DNA of 64,000 nucleotides from an uncultured Candidatus Peribacteria bacterium. GTDB taxonomy: Bacteria; Patescibacteriota; Gracilibacteria; Peribacterales; Peribacteraceae. The stretch lies in the NCBI GenBank assembly GCA_964508225.1, contig CAZDRX010000001.1, positions 7,680-71,679 of the forward strand, given 5' to 3'. A program made the position numbers and the translations under genes. A model generated the notes under the pieces. It worked only from the letters and a program-made list of their open reading frames with translations, did not search any database and was not told the DNA's origin. The first letter of the stretch is position 1. Each line of letters starts with the position of its first letter. Below, in pieces: positions 53,950 to 62,723 of this stretch.

Positions 53950-55694
53950 ACCGCATCTCTCTCAAGATCGTCGGCGCGTCCGGTCAGGGCATCGACTCCG
54001 TCGGTGAAATCCTGGCAAAGGCGCTCAAGCGCAGCGGTTACTGTGTTTTCGGCTACCGCGAATATCCGTCGCTCATCAAAGGAGGGCACGCGAGCTACCA
54101 GCTCGACATCTCGGACGAGAGGATCGAGAGCACGGAGACAATGGTGAATGTGGTCATCGCGCTCAATCACCACGGACTCGAGCACAACATCACGGACGTG
54201 AAGCCGGGCGGGATCTTCGCCCACTCGACCGCAGGCTGGAAGTTTCCGGATGCGGACAAGCAGCGCATCGAGAAGCAGAGCCTCCAGATGATCTGCCTGC
54301 CGATCGAGGAGACCCTCAAGACACTGAATGCAAAGCCGATCCTCGGGAACGTGCTGCTCGCCTCATTCGTCTGGGCGGTGCTCGGACAGAAAGCCGAACC
54401 GTTGAAGACGATGGTGGGCGAACGGTTCGCGAAGAAGAAGGATCTCCTTGATCTCAACATGCAGTGCATCGATGCCGGCTTTGCGCTGCAGGCGAAGAAC
54501 GCGGGAGTGACGGTGCAGCTCCCGAAACCCAAAGCGGAATTCAGGAAGCAGATGCTCCTCACCGGCAGCAAGGCCATGGGTCTCGGTGCCGTCGCGGCAG
54601 GCGTCCGTCTGTATGCCGGCTATCCGATGACCCCGAGCTCCCCCCTCCTCACGTACATCGCATCCATCCAGAACGAAACGGGAATGGTGATCAAGCAGGC
54701 GGAGGACGAGATCACGGCGGCACAGATCGTCTCGGGCGCCATGTACATGGGTACGCGCGCGCTCACGGCGACGTCCGGCGGCGGCTTCGATCTCATGAGC
54801 GAGACTGTGTCACTCAATGCCATCATCGAGAACCCGACCGTCTTCGTCCTCGCGCAGCGTCCGGGGCCTGCCACAGGCCTTCCGACATGGACGGGGCAGG
54901 GCGATCTCCTCATGGCGGTTCACACCTCGCACGGTGAGTTCGCACGCTGTGTGATGTCCGTCTCGGACTCAGACGATGCGTTCACACTCATGAACGACGC
55001 ATTCAATCTCGCTGAGAAGTATCAGATCTCCGTCATCGTGCTCACGGACAAGCAGATCGCAGAAGCGCTCTACACGCAGCCTCTGTACGACATGAAGAAG
55101 ATCGCGATCGATCGTGGTTCGCTCGTGACGGACGCAGCGAAGCTGAGGAAGCTCAAGGCAACAGACCGTTACGATGCCACGGCGAAGGACGGTGTGTCCC
55201 CGCGCTGGCTGCCGGGCAGTGACGCTCCCACGTTCGTCGCGCAGGGTGACGAGCACAGCGGCGACGGATCGGTGGAGGAAGGTGCCGTAAACGCGAACGC
55301 ACAGATGGAGAAGCGCATGAAGAAAGCCGAGGCGCTGAAGGCGGGACTTCCCGAGCCCGAACTGTACGGGGCTGAGCAGCCGGAAGTTCTCCTCGTCGGC
55401 TGGGGCAGTACGAAGTCTGTGGTGATCGATGCGCTGAAGACGGATGCGCTCAAGGACAAGAAGATCGGCTACCTGCACTACCGGTACCTCTGGCCGCTCA
55501 AGACCGAGAAGCTCCAGAAGCTCGCGAAGAGTGCGAAGAAGACAATCCTCATCGAGGGGAATTTCCAGGGACAGCTGGGGCTCCTCGTCCGTCAGGAGTG
55601 CGGACTCGAGATGAAGACGAAGATCCTGAAGTACGACGGCCGTCCGTTCTTCGTCGATGAACTGACACAGAAGATCTCCTCCCTCCTCTCGTAA
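53946..55694 (+). CDS. korA: 2-oxoacid:ferredoxin/flavodoxin oxidoreductase, fused gamma-alpha subunit
   Basis: ATGA overlap with flavodoxin. N-terminal POR-gamma-like 'KIVGASGQGIDSVGEIL', then the alpha domain 'GYPMTPSS...ITAAQIVSGAMYMGTRALTATSGGGF'. Confidence 0.85.
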   Translation: MNRISLKIVGASGQGIDSVGEILAKALKRSGYCVFGYREYPSLIKGGHASYQLDISDERIESTETMVNVVIALNHHGLEHNITDVKPGGIFAHSTAGWKFPDADKQRIEKQSLQMICLPIEETLKTLNAKPILGNVLLASFVWAVLGQKAEPLKTMVGERFAKKKDLLDLNMQCIDAGFALQAKNAGVTVQLPKPKAEFRKQMLLTGSKAMGLGAVAAGVRLYAGYPMTPSSPLLTYIASIQNETGMVIKQAEDEITAAQIVSGAMYMGTRALTATSGGGFDLMSETVSLNAIIENPTVFVLAQRPGPATGLPTWTGQGDLLMAVHTSHGEFARCVMSVSDSDDAFTLMNDAFNLAEKYQISVIVLTDKQIAEALYTQPLYDMKKIAIDRGSLVTDAAKLRKLKATDRYDATAKDGVSPRWLPGSDAPTFVAQGDEHSGDGSVEEGAVNANAQMEKRMKKAEALKAGLPEPELYGAEQPEVLLVGWGSTKSVVIDALKTDALKDKKIGYLHYRYLWPLKTEKLQKLAKSAKKTILIEGNFQGQLGLLVRQECGLEMKTKILKYDGRPFFVDELTQKISSLLS

Positions 55695-55696
55695 TC

Positions 55697-56584
55697 ATGG
55701 CCATCAAGCTCGACACCGCCGGCGCCTCCATGAAGGACTTCCACTCCGAGAACCCCTGCACGTGGTGCGACGGCTGCGGCAACTACGGCATCTGGACAGC
55801 CGCCAAGATGGCGCTCACGGAGCTTGGGATCGCGCCGCATCAGGCACTCCTCTGCTACGACGTCGGCTGTCACGGCAACGCCTCGGACAAGCTGCAGGGC
55901 TACCGCTTCCACGGTCTGCACGGACGCGTGCTTCCGTTCGCCGCGGGTGCCAAGCTCGCGAATCCGAAGATCCCCGTGCTCGCCTTCGGCGGCGACGGCG
56001 CGAGCTTCTCGGAAGGCATCGGCCACCTCGTCCACGCCGTACGGAGCCACTATCCGATCGTCTTCGTACTCCACAACAACGGCAACTACGGACTCACGAC
56101 CGGTCAGGCAAGCTCACTCACACCGCAGAACCAGCCGATGAACACGGCACCGAACGGCGTGCCTGAAATGACACTCAATTCCATGGACTTCATCTTCTCG
56201 CTGGAGCCGACGTTCGTGGCGCGCGCATTCTCGGGCGACATCAAGCAGATGACGTCCGTGCTCAAGGAAGCAATCAGTCACCGCGGCTTCGCGTTCGTGG
56301 ACATCCTGCAGGCCTGCCCGACATACAACCACTTCGCCACGCACACGATGCTCCTCGAGAAGTACTACAAGGTGGAGAACGAAGGCCATGACCCTTCGGA
56401 TCTGGTGAAGGCGCGGAAGCTCGCCATCGAGACGGACAAGCGGATCGCCACCGGCATCCTCTACCGCCGTGAAGACATCCCGAACTTCTACGAGCGCCTC
56501 GTACCGAGACAGGGAAAGGCCACGACCCCCGCTCAGGAGGTCGTCCCGTTCGACGTGACGAAATTGATGCAGGAGTTCATTTGA
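55697..56584 (+). CDS. korB: 2-oxoacid:ferredoxin oxidoreductase beta subunit (TPP-binding)
   Basis: 'CTWCDGCGNYGI' and 'GGDGASFSEGIGHLVHAVR...NNGNYGLTTGQ'. Confidence 0.88.
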   Translation: MAIKLDTAGASMKDFHSENPCTWCDGCGNYGIWTAAKMALTELGIAPHQALLCYDVGCHGNASDKLQGYRFHGLHGRVLPFAAGAKLANPKIPVLAFGGDGASFSEGIGHLVHAVRSHYPIVFVLHNNGNYGLTTGQASSLTPQNQPMNTAPNGVPEMTLNSMDFIFSLEPTFVARAFSGDIKQMTSVLKEAISHRGFAFVDILQACPTYNHFATHTMLLEKYYKVENEGHDPSDLVKARKLAIETDKRIATGILYRREDIPNFYERLVPRQGKATTPAQEVVPFDVTKLMQEFI

Positions 56585-56602
56585 GGGTATAGTGATCTCC
56601 AT

Positions 56603-57295
56603 ATGCACAATCACCTCAAGACACTTGCTCTCGTGAGCGCGATTCTCTTTTCTTCGTGCGGTGCACAGGCACCCGTCGAGGAAAAAGCTGCGGCACCCGA
56701 AACGGAAGCAATGCCGGTCATCGAAGAAGATGCCGTGATGCCCTCAGCTCCCGAGACGGCACCCGCGGTGACCATGGATCAGGTGGCAGCACCGTGCTCT
56801 GCAAACGAAACAGGCTTCAAGACCGTCACGATGGGACCCATGACCTTCGAACTCCCCGTCTCGTGGAGTGCGGTCAACCGCGGGGACACAGGCCTGCTCT
56901 CCCTCCCGCCGGATGACGTGACCTACCTGGACGCAGCGCTTGTCCGGTACTCGTTCGCCAAGGATCAGGTGGCCTACGGCGACACGAACTGGACGCAGGT
57001 GGACGTGTACTTCACGGACAATGACAGCGTGATCCCGACGTTCATCGAACGCCTGAAGAACAATCCCGATGCGGCAGCCTTCACCGACCACTGGGAAATG
57101 CAGACCATCGGCGGCATGGAGGCGGAAGTGCAGATCCTCAGGAAGAATCCTGACGGCTCGGTGGACAAGGGAGCGACGGGAGGTGCCTTCACCTACTTCC
57201 CGCAGAAGAACATGATCCTCCACAAACAGGCCTTCGGCGATGACGCATTCGAGAGCGGCTTCCAGCACTTCCTCGGGTCTGTCCGTTTCGAATAG
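56603..57295 (+). CDS. lipoprotein, hypothetical
   Basis: 'LALVSAILFSSCG' lipobox. No domain recognised. Confidence 0.55.
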   Translation: MHNHLKTLALVSAILFSSCGAQAPVEEKAAAPETEAMPVIEEDAVMPSAPETAPAVTMDQVAAPCSANETGFKTVTMGPMTFELPVSWSAVNRGDTGLLSLPPDDVTYLDAALVRYSFAKDQVAYGDTNWTQVDVYFTDNDSVIPTFIERLKNNPDAAAFTDHWEMQTIGGMEAEVQILRKNPDGSVDKGATGGAFTYFPQKNMILHKQAFGDDAFESGFQHFLGSVRFE

Positions 57296-57298
57296 TGG

Positions 57299-57880
57299 CT
57301 ACTGTGCGAGAATAGAGTCGATGAAGTACCGGTGAATGGCTGTTTCCGCCCGCACTTCGGGGTGGAACGTACCGACGAGGACTCTTCCCTGCCGGACGAG
57401 CACCGGAAGCCCCTGATCATGGGCGAGCACCTGAACACAGCGGCCGGTGTGCGTGATCTTGGGAGCACGGATGAAGGCGACGGAGAGCGGCTCCTTGATG
57501 TCGCGGACGTTGATCACGGTCTCGAAGCTCTCGATCTGCGTGCCGTACGCATTGCGGTCGACGACGATATCGATGAGCCCCAGTGTGCGGGGGGCATTCT
57601 TCCCCGTCGCCTTCCGTGCGAGCACGATGGCGCCCGCGCAGGTGCCGTAGACCGCAAGAGGGTGCCGCTTGTCCCTGAGACGGCGCTGGATTTCCTTTCC
57701 GACGCCACTGGATGCGAGAAACCTCGCGATCACCGTGCTCTCCCCTCCCGGAATGATGAGGCCGTCGATCTTCGAGAGGTCATCCTTCGCACGGACTTCG
57801 AGTGACGGCACATGCAGGCGCGTCAGAATCTGCACGTGTTCCGCGAAGTCACCCTGAAAAGCTAAAACTCCAATGACCAT
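57299..57880 (-). CDS. pdxT: pyridoxal 5'-phosphate synthase glutaminase subunit PdxT
   Basis: 'IGVLAFQGDFAEH', 'IIPGGEST', 'GTCAG'. ATG at 57880 lies 6 nt after TATACT. Confidence 0.92.
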   Translation of the reverse strand: MVIGVLAFQGDFAEHVQILTRLHVPSLEVRAKDDLSKIDGLIIPGGESTVIARFLASSGVGKEIQRRLRDKRHPLAVYGTCAGAIVLARKATGKNAPRTLGLIDIVVDRNAYGTQIESFETVINVRDIKEPLSVAFIRAPKITHTGRCVQVLAHDQGLPVLVRQGRVLVGTFHPEVRAETAIHRYFIDSILAQ

Positions 57881-58012
57881 ACGTGAAGTATAGATAATGA
57901 AAACAAATCGCGCGAAGCGGCGGGTGCCGAAGGTGGGTCCCGTCGCTGGAGCGCTCCTTTTAGGGAAGGGTGAGCCCACGAGAGGGACACCGTAGGTGGC
58001 CCTTTCGTTTGA

Positions 58013-58888
58013 TTACCATCCTCTGTCTGCCATCTTTGTCGGCAATGTGCCGATCTCGAGGCCGGCCATCGCGGCTCCAAGCCCTGACGAAATCTCCGCG
58101 AGCTTCTTGCTGTCCTTGTAATGCACGGTGGCCTGCACGATGGCCGAAGCCATGCGGCGGGGATCCTTGGATTTGAAGATGCCGGAACCGACAAACACAC
58201 CCTCGGCACCCAGATCCATGAGAAGGGCGGCGTCTGCCGGTGTTGCGATGCCTCCGGCGACGAACGTGACGACGGGGAGGCGCTGCTCTTTGCGTACGTT
58301 CTCGACAAGGTCGACGGGGACGCGCTCCTGCCGCGCGAACGCCTTGAGCTCCGCTGATTTCATCGTCTTGAGAGACGCAATCTCGCCGTGAATGAGCTTG
58401 AGATGACGCACGGCTTCGATGACATTGCCCGTGCCCGCCTCACCCTTCGTGCGGATCATGGATGCGCCTTCGCTGATACGGCGCAGAGCCTCGCCAAGAT
58501 TCGTCGCACCACAGACGAACGGCGCCTTGAACGGACGCTTGTCCACGTGATCGAACGGATCAGCGGGTGTGAGCACTTCGGATTCGTCGATGAAGTCGAT
58601 CCCGAGAGACTCGAGGATCTTCGCTTCCATCGTGTGACCGATTCTCACCTTGGCCATCACCGGAATCGAGACCGCTTTCCGGATTTCTTTGATGAGCGCA
58701 GGATCACTCATACGTGCCACTCCTCCCTGCGCGCGGATATCGGAGGGAACACGCTCGAGTGCCATGACTGCGCACGCTCCGGCAGCCTCGGCGATGCGGG
58801 CCTGCTTGGCCGTAACCACATCCATGATGACGCCTCCTTTCAGCATCTTCGCAAGATCAACACCGGTGCGGTTATGAACCTTGAACAT
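58013..58888 (-). CDS. pdxS: pyridoxal 5'-phosphate synthase lyase subunit PdxS
   Basis: '[10 protein letters not shown]...[20 protein letters not shown]' canonical PdxS sequence. Confidence 0.95.
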   Translation of the reverse strand: MFKVHNRTGVDLAKMLKGGVIMDVVTAKQARIAEAAGACAVMALERVPSDIRAQGGVARMSDPALIKEIRKAVSIPVMAKVRIGHTMEAKILESLGIDFIDESEVLTPADPFDHVDKRPFKAPFVCGATNLGEALRRISEGASMIRTKGEAGTGNVIEAVRHLKLIHGEIASLKTMKSAELKAFARQERVPVDLVENVRKEQRLPVVTFVAGGIATPADAALLMDLGAEGVFVGSGIFKSKDPRRMASAIVQATVHYKDSKKLAEISSGLGAAMAGLEIGTLPTKMADRGW

Positions 58889-58907
58889 CGTGGAAGCAGG
58901 GTATCGG

Positions 58908-59507
58908 TTACAGGGACTTGGCGGCATTGACGAACTCCGCGTCGATGGACAGGCGGCTCTCCTCCGGAAGAACCTGGTTCTGGTACTTGCTGCCGGGCTT
59001 CGCGTTGTACGGCGTCTCGGCGGGGCTCGACATCATCTCGAACGCGAGCTGGCAGATGCGCATGCCCGGATAGAGCGCGACGGGGAGACGGTTCAAATTG
59101 CTGATCTCGAGCGTGATGGTGCCCACAAAGCCGGGATCGACGAAGCCGGCGGTCGAGTGGACGATGATGCCGAGGCGTCCGAGCGACGACCTTCCTTCCA
59201 CGCGCACGACGAGATCGTCGGGGACGGAGATTTTCTCCATGGTGACACCGAGGATGAACTCACCCGGCTGCACGATGAACGGATCACCGTCGGCAATCGT
59301 GATGATGCGCATGTTCTGCGCGAAGGTCTTGGGGTTCTTGGGGTCGAGGAGCGCGTACTTGCTGTGCTCGTAGACTTTGAAGACGTTGCCGAGGCGCAGA
59401 TCCATACTGGAAGCATGAATATGCGGGAAAAGCTCGCCCTGTGTGGACTCGATTTTCACCCGTCCTGAGGTGATAGCCGCCTTGATATCGCGATCGGAGA
59501 GGATCAT
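58908..59507 (-). CDS. dcd: dCTP deaminase
   Basis: 'MILSDRDI' N-terminus and the '[12 protein letters not shown]' motif. Confidence 0.9.
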   Translation of the reverse strand: MILSDRDIKAAITSGRVKIESTQGELFPHIHASSMDLRLGNVFKVYEHSKYALLDPKNPKTFAQNMRIITIADGDPFIVQPGEFILGVTMEKISVPDDLVVRVEGRSSLGRLGIIVHSTAGFVDPGFVGTITLEISNLNRLPVALYPGMRICQLAFEMMSSPAETPYNAKPGSKYQNQVLPEESRLSIDAEFVNAAKSL

Positions 59508-59607
59508 CGGGAGCGAAGCGTATCACAGTCTTATGCGGCGGGAGAATAGGAAAAATGCAACGGAGATCCGCGGTCAACATTGTCAGATTCTGTATACTTG
59601 TCAGCCC

Positions 59608-61359
59608 ATGGCAGTTGAAACAGCCCCCCGGCAGCAACGCGCTCCAGAGACCGAGACGGAATCCGTTTCCGCGCTCCATTCCCAGCGCAGTCACATCGTG
59701 GATCAGATCCGCGGATACATCGATGAAACATTCCGTCAGAAAGGAATCGCAGGCGAATCCGAGACACGCCAGCTCGAGACATGGATCCGCACGCAGGATG
59801 CATCCGCAGAAGGTGTGAAGTCACTCCGCGAGTTCTACGAAGGCTTCCTCAGGAAGCAGCTGAGTTCCGGCCGAGAGCTCTACAACAGCTTCTACGGCTC
59901 GATGCAGACCGCACTGAGTAGCCGCTGGATCAACCAGCAGTCATTCAAGAAGTGGGAGGAGCGCTTCCGCGACAAGAATGTGGGCTACAAGGCAAGGGAG
60001 AACTGGGTGAAGGGCGACATGGCAAAGTACATGGCGGGATGGAAAAAGGCCGCAGAGGAACGAAAGGAAGTGATGCGGGACAAGGGTTTCAGCGATCTCG
60101 TGAAGCAGTATCCGGAATTCGCGAGCCTGAAGGACGAAGGTCAGTTCCTTGATCTCCACTTCGACAAGAGGAAAAGCCTTGTGGGGGCAGCGCGCGGCGC
60201 ACTCAAGGCGATCGAGAAGTCCCAGACGGATCTCTATGTGCAGGCGAAGTCGAAGCTGAGCGACGCGGTCTCCCGCGGAATCCTCGGCGCCGGAAAGGAG
60301 GGAAAGTGGCTGCAGCGCGTCTTCGAGAGCAGTGCAAACCCGAAGAAGATCGAAGCCTTCGTGAACGGATCCGGCAGCACGTCTCTCTCGTCCCTCATGA
60401 AGAACTGGGAAAAGGTGCGTGGACGCTACGATGCGGTCGCGGACAAGTTCCGCGAACGCGGCGCTGACTCTGCGGCGCGCGGCTTCAAGATCATCCCCGC
60501 ATCACAGTTCCTCTCCATGCACTACGCCCAGCGCGTCCGGTATGTGGAGGAAGCTGAACAGCGCCTCGGCGATGCGAAGGAAGTCGCGAACGAACAGCCT
60601 GCCTTCCTCAAGATCCGTCACGCGATGGACATGAAGGATTGGGACGATGCAGCGCTCCTCATCGCGGAAGCGAAGACCATGCATCTCAAGGATTCGGACT
60701 GGCCGCGACTCAAGTCCATGGAGCGCTACGTGACGCAGTTCAAAGGAAAAGAAAAGCAGGGTGCGGATAAGGCGACGGAGGCGAAGCACCGTCTTGATCT
60801 GCTCCTCGAACGCTTCGGACAGTCGCACTCCGAGATGAAGCCGCTCGTGGAGAGGCTCCTCAAGAGCAATCACGCGAACCGCGCGATCCACCAGTTCCGG
60901 TGGGTCTGGTACAACAACATCTGGTGCCGGACGCACGGGCCTCCATACCTGAATGATGATGTGGCGAGGAAAGGATCGAGTGAAGACCAGGAGCAGCTCA
61001 CGAAGCACCGCGCCGAGCAGGGTCTCGACGTCGGACGTCATGACGTTCTCGACTACGAGACCGCCGACCGGAATTACTTCCGCAAGCAGGAGACTGCGAA
61101 GCACAAGGCAACGTACCTCCACACCAATGTGAACTCCGGCGGTGTGCAGAGCGCGCTCGCGGAGAAGATGGAACATGAGCAGGATCCGAAATGGCTGTAC
61201 TGGACCACCTTCTGTCCGCACACGGACGGCGAACCGAAGAGCGAAGCCTGGATGCGTGAAGGTCTGCTCATTCTCACGGAGATGCGCTCTCTTGCACGGA
61301 CGATCAATGGTGCGGGCTTCCGGTATCAGGGAGCGAACGCCAAAATGCTGGCGTCCTAA
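59608..61359 (+). CDS. large soluble hypothetical protein (583 aa)
   Basis: ATG at 59608 lies 9 nt after TATACT. Highly charged and helical, with a Trp/Cys-containing C-terminal region 'FRWVWYNNIWCRTHGPPY'. No domain recognised. Confidence 0.6.
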   Translation: MAVETAPRQQRAPETETESVSALHSQRSHIVDQIRGYIDETFRQKGIAGESETRQLETWIRTQDASAEGVKSLREFYEGFLRKQLSSGRELYNSFYGSMQTALSSRWINQQSFKKWEERFRDKNVGYKARENWVKGDMAKYMAGWKKAAEERKEVMRDKGFSDLVKQYPEFASLKDEGQFLDLHFDKRKSLVGAARGALKAIEKSQTDLYVQAKSKLSDAVSRGILGAGKEGKWLQRVFESSANPKKIEAFVNGSGSTSLSSLMKNWEKVRGRYDAVADKFRERGADSAARGFKIIPASQFLSMHYAQRVRYVEEAEQRLGDAKEVANEQPAFLKIRHAMDMKDWDDAALLIAEAKTMHLKDSDWPRLKSMERYVTQFKGKEKQGADKATEAKHRLDLLLERFGQSHSEMKPLVERLLKSNHANRAIHQFRWVWYNNIWCRTHGPPYLNDDVARKGSSEDQEQLTKHRAEQGLDVGRHDVLDYETADRNYFRKQETAKHKATYLHTNVNSGGVQSALAEKMEHEQDPKWLYWTTFCPHTDGEPKSEAWMREGLLILTEMRSLARTINGAGFRYQGANAKMLAS

Positions 61360-61406
61360 GGAACCGATCTTGCCAAGCAGCGCCGGCGTGCCCACAATAC
61401 GCCCCT

Positions 61407-62003
61407 ATGCGCACCTCCCTCTTCGCCGTTCTGACGGCTACCCTGCTCCTCTCCGCCTGCAATTCCCACAGGACGACGGACATTGCGACGGAAATCGTGA
61501 ATCCCCTCACCGCTTCGCGGTACGGTGACGAGCTCGCCGATCGTCTGGCCGATCTCATCATCGAGAGTGATCCGGTGATACAGGAACCGGGGATGGCAGA
61601 CTATGTCACAGGAAAGATCTCGGATGCCAAGAGCATCGCGGCCGAGGCAAGACTTCTCCAGGATCGCGGCATGATGGGGGCGCTCATCGGAGAAAAGCAG
61701 AGTGTGATCGGATACGCCCTCTACGTCGACGATGTCCTCTACTTCTCCTCGGACTTCGAAACCGATCCGGGGCCGTCTCTCCATGTGTTCCTCTCGACGG
61801 TTGTCGATCCCCGCGATGCCACCTTTCCGGACGAGACAGCGATCGATCTCGGCGAAATCCAGACGCCGTACGGACCCACTGCCTACGATGTACCGCATCA
61901 GGAGGAGCCGGAACTTCTGCGGACTCTCGTCCTCTTCGACACCAAGCTGGAGCGGCTCTACGGATTCTCGCAGCTCTCGGTGCGCGGCAAGGAACCTCTC
62001 TAG
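61407..62003 (+). CDS. lipoprotein with C-terminal DM13 domain
   Basis: 'LLLSAC' lipobox. DM13-like 'GYALYVDDVLYFSSDFETDPGPSLHVFLS...LVLFDTKLERLYGFSQL'. Confidence 0.7.
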   Translation: MRTSLFAVLTATLLLSACNSHRTTDIATEIVNPLTASRYGDELADRLADLIIESDPVIQEPGMADYVTGKISDAKSIAAEARLLQDRGMMGALIGEKQSVIGYALYVDDVLYFSSDFETDPGPSLHVFLSTVVDPRDATFPDETAIDLGEIQTPYGPTAYDVPHQEEPELLRTLVLFDTKLERLYGFSQLSVRGKEPL

Positions 62004-62608
62004 AGAGGAGTGGATGTCGCCTGCTTGAGAGCCTCTTCCACCGCGGCTTCGAGATCGGTGACCTGATTGATCTTCACGCGCTTGTCGTTCACGAAGAACG
62101 TCGGCGTTGAGTTCACACCCAGTTTCTGACCCTCGGCAAACTCCGCAAGCACTGTCTTCTTCTTGATGCCCGAAGTGAGGCAACGCTCGAAGAGATCCAT
62201 ATCGAGGCTCAGATCCTTCGCCCATGTGCGCAGCGACTCGCTGCTGAGATCGGACTGCTTCATGTAGGCAGCATCCACGAATTCCCAGAACTTTCCCTGA
62301 TCGGCAGCGCACTCGGATGCCTCGGCGGCCTTGAGTGCGTACTGGTGGATGTTCTGAAGGGGGAACTGCTTGTAGGCAAACTTGATCCTCGTGCCGTACT
62401 TCGCAAGGAGAGGCTTGTTGATAAGGTCATAGGCACCCTTGCAGGCCGGACACTGGAGATCGCCGTACTCCGTGACGGTCACGGAAGCGCTCAAAGGTCC
62501 GAAAGGCTGCTTGGAGGATGCGGCGCTGATGCCCGTCGTATCCACCGTGCCGCAGGCGGCAAAGAGAAAGGCGCCGGCCAGAGAGAGTACGAGAGAAGTC
62601 TTCGTCAT
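62000..62608 (-). CDS. DsbA-family thiol:disulfide oxidoreductase lipoprotein
   Basis: 'LAGAFLFAACG' lipobox. 'TEYGDLQCPACK' (CxxC). 'GVNSTPTFFVN'. Confidence 0.88.
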   Translation of the reverse strand: MTKTSLVLSLAGAFLFAACGTVDTTGISAASSKQPFGPLSASVTVTEYGDLQCPACKGAYDLINKPLLAKYGTRIKFAYKQFPLQNIHQYALKAAEASECAADQGKFWEFVDAAYMKQSDLSSESLRTWAKDLSLDMDLFERCLTSGIKKKTVLAEFAEGQKLGVNSTPTFFVNDKRVKINQVTDLEAAVEEALKQATSTPL

Positions 62609-62723
62609 CGGGTGGGTGGGGAAAAGCACGCACAGTGTATCGAAGACGTCGGAATTCTCAATCCGGACTTCTTACGGCGTTCTTCATCCACGGTGACAAG
62701 GGGTGATATACTCCGGTTCCCCC

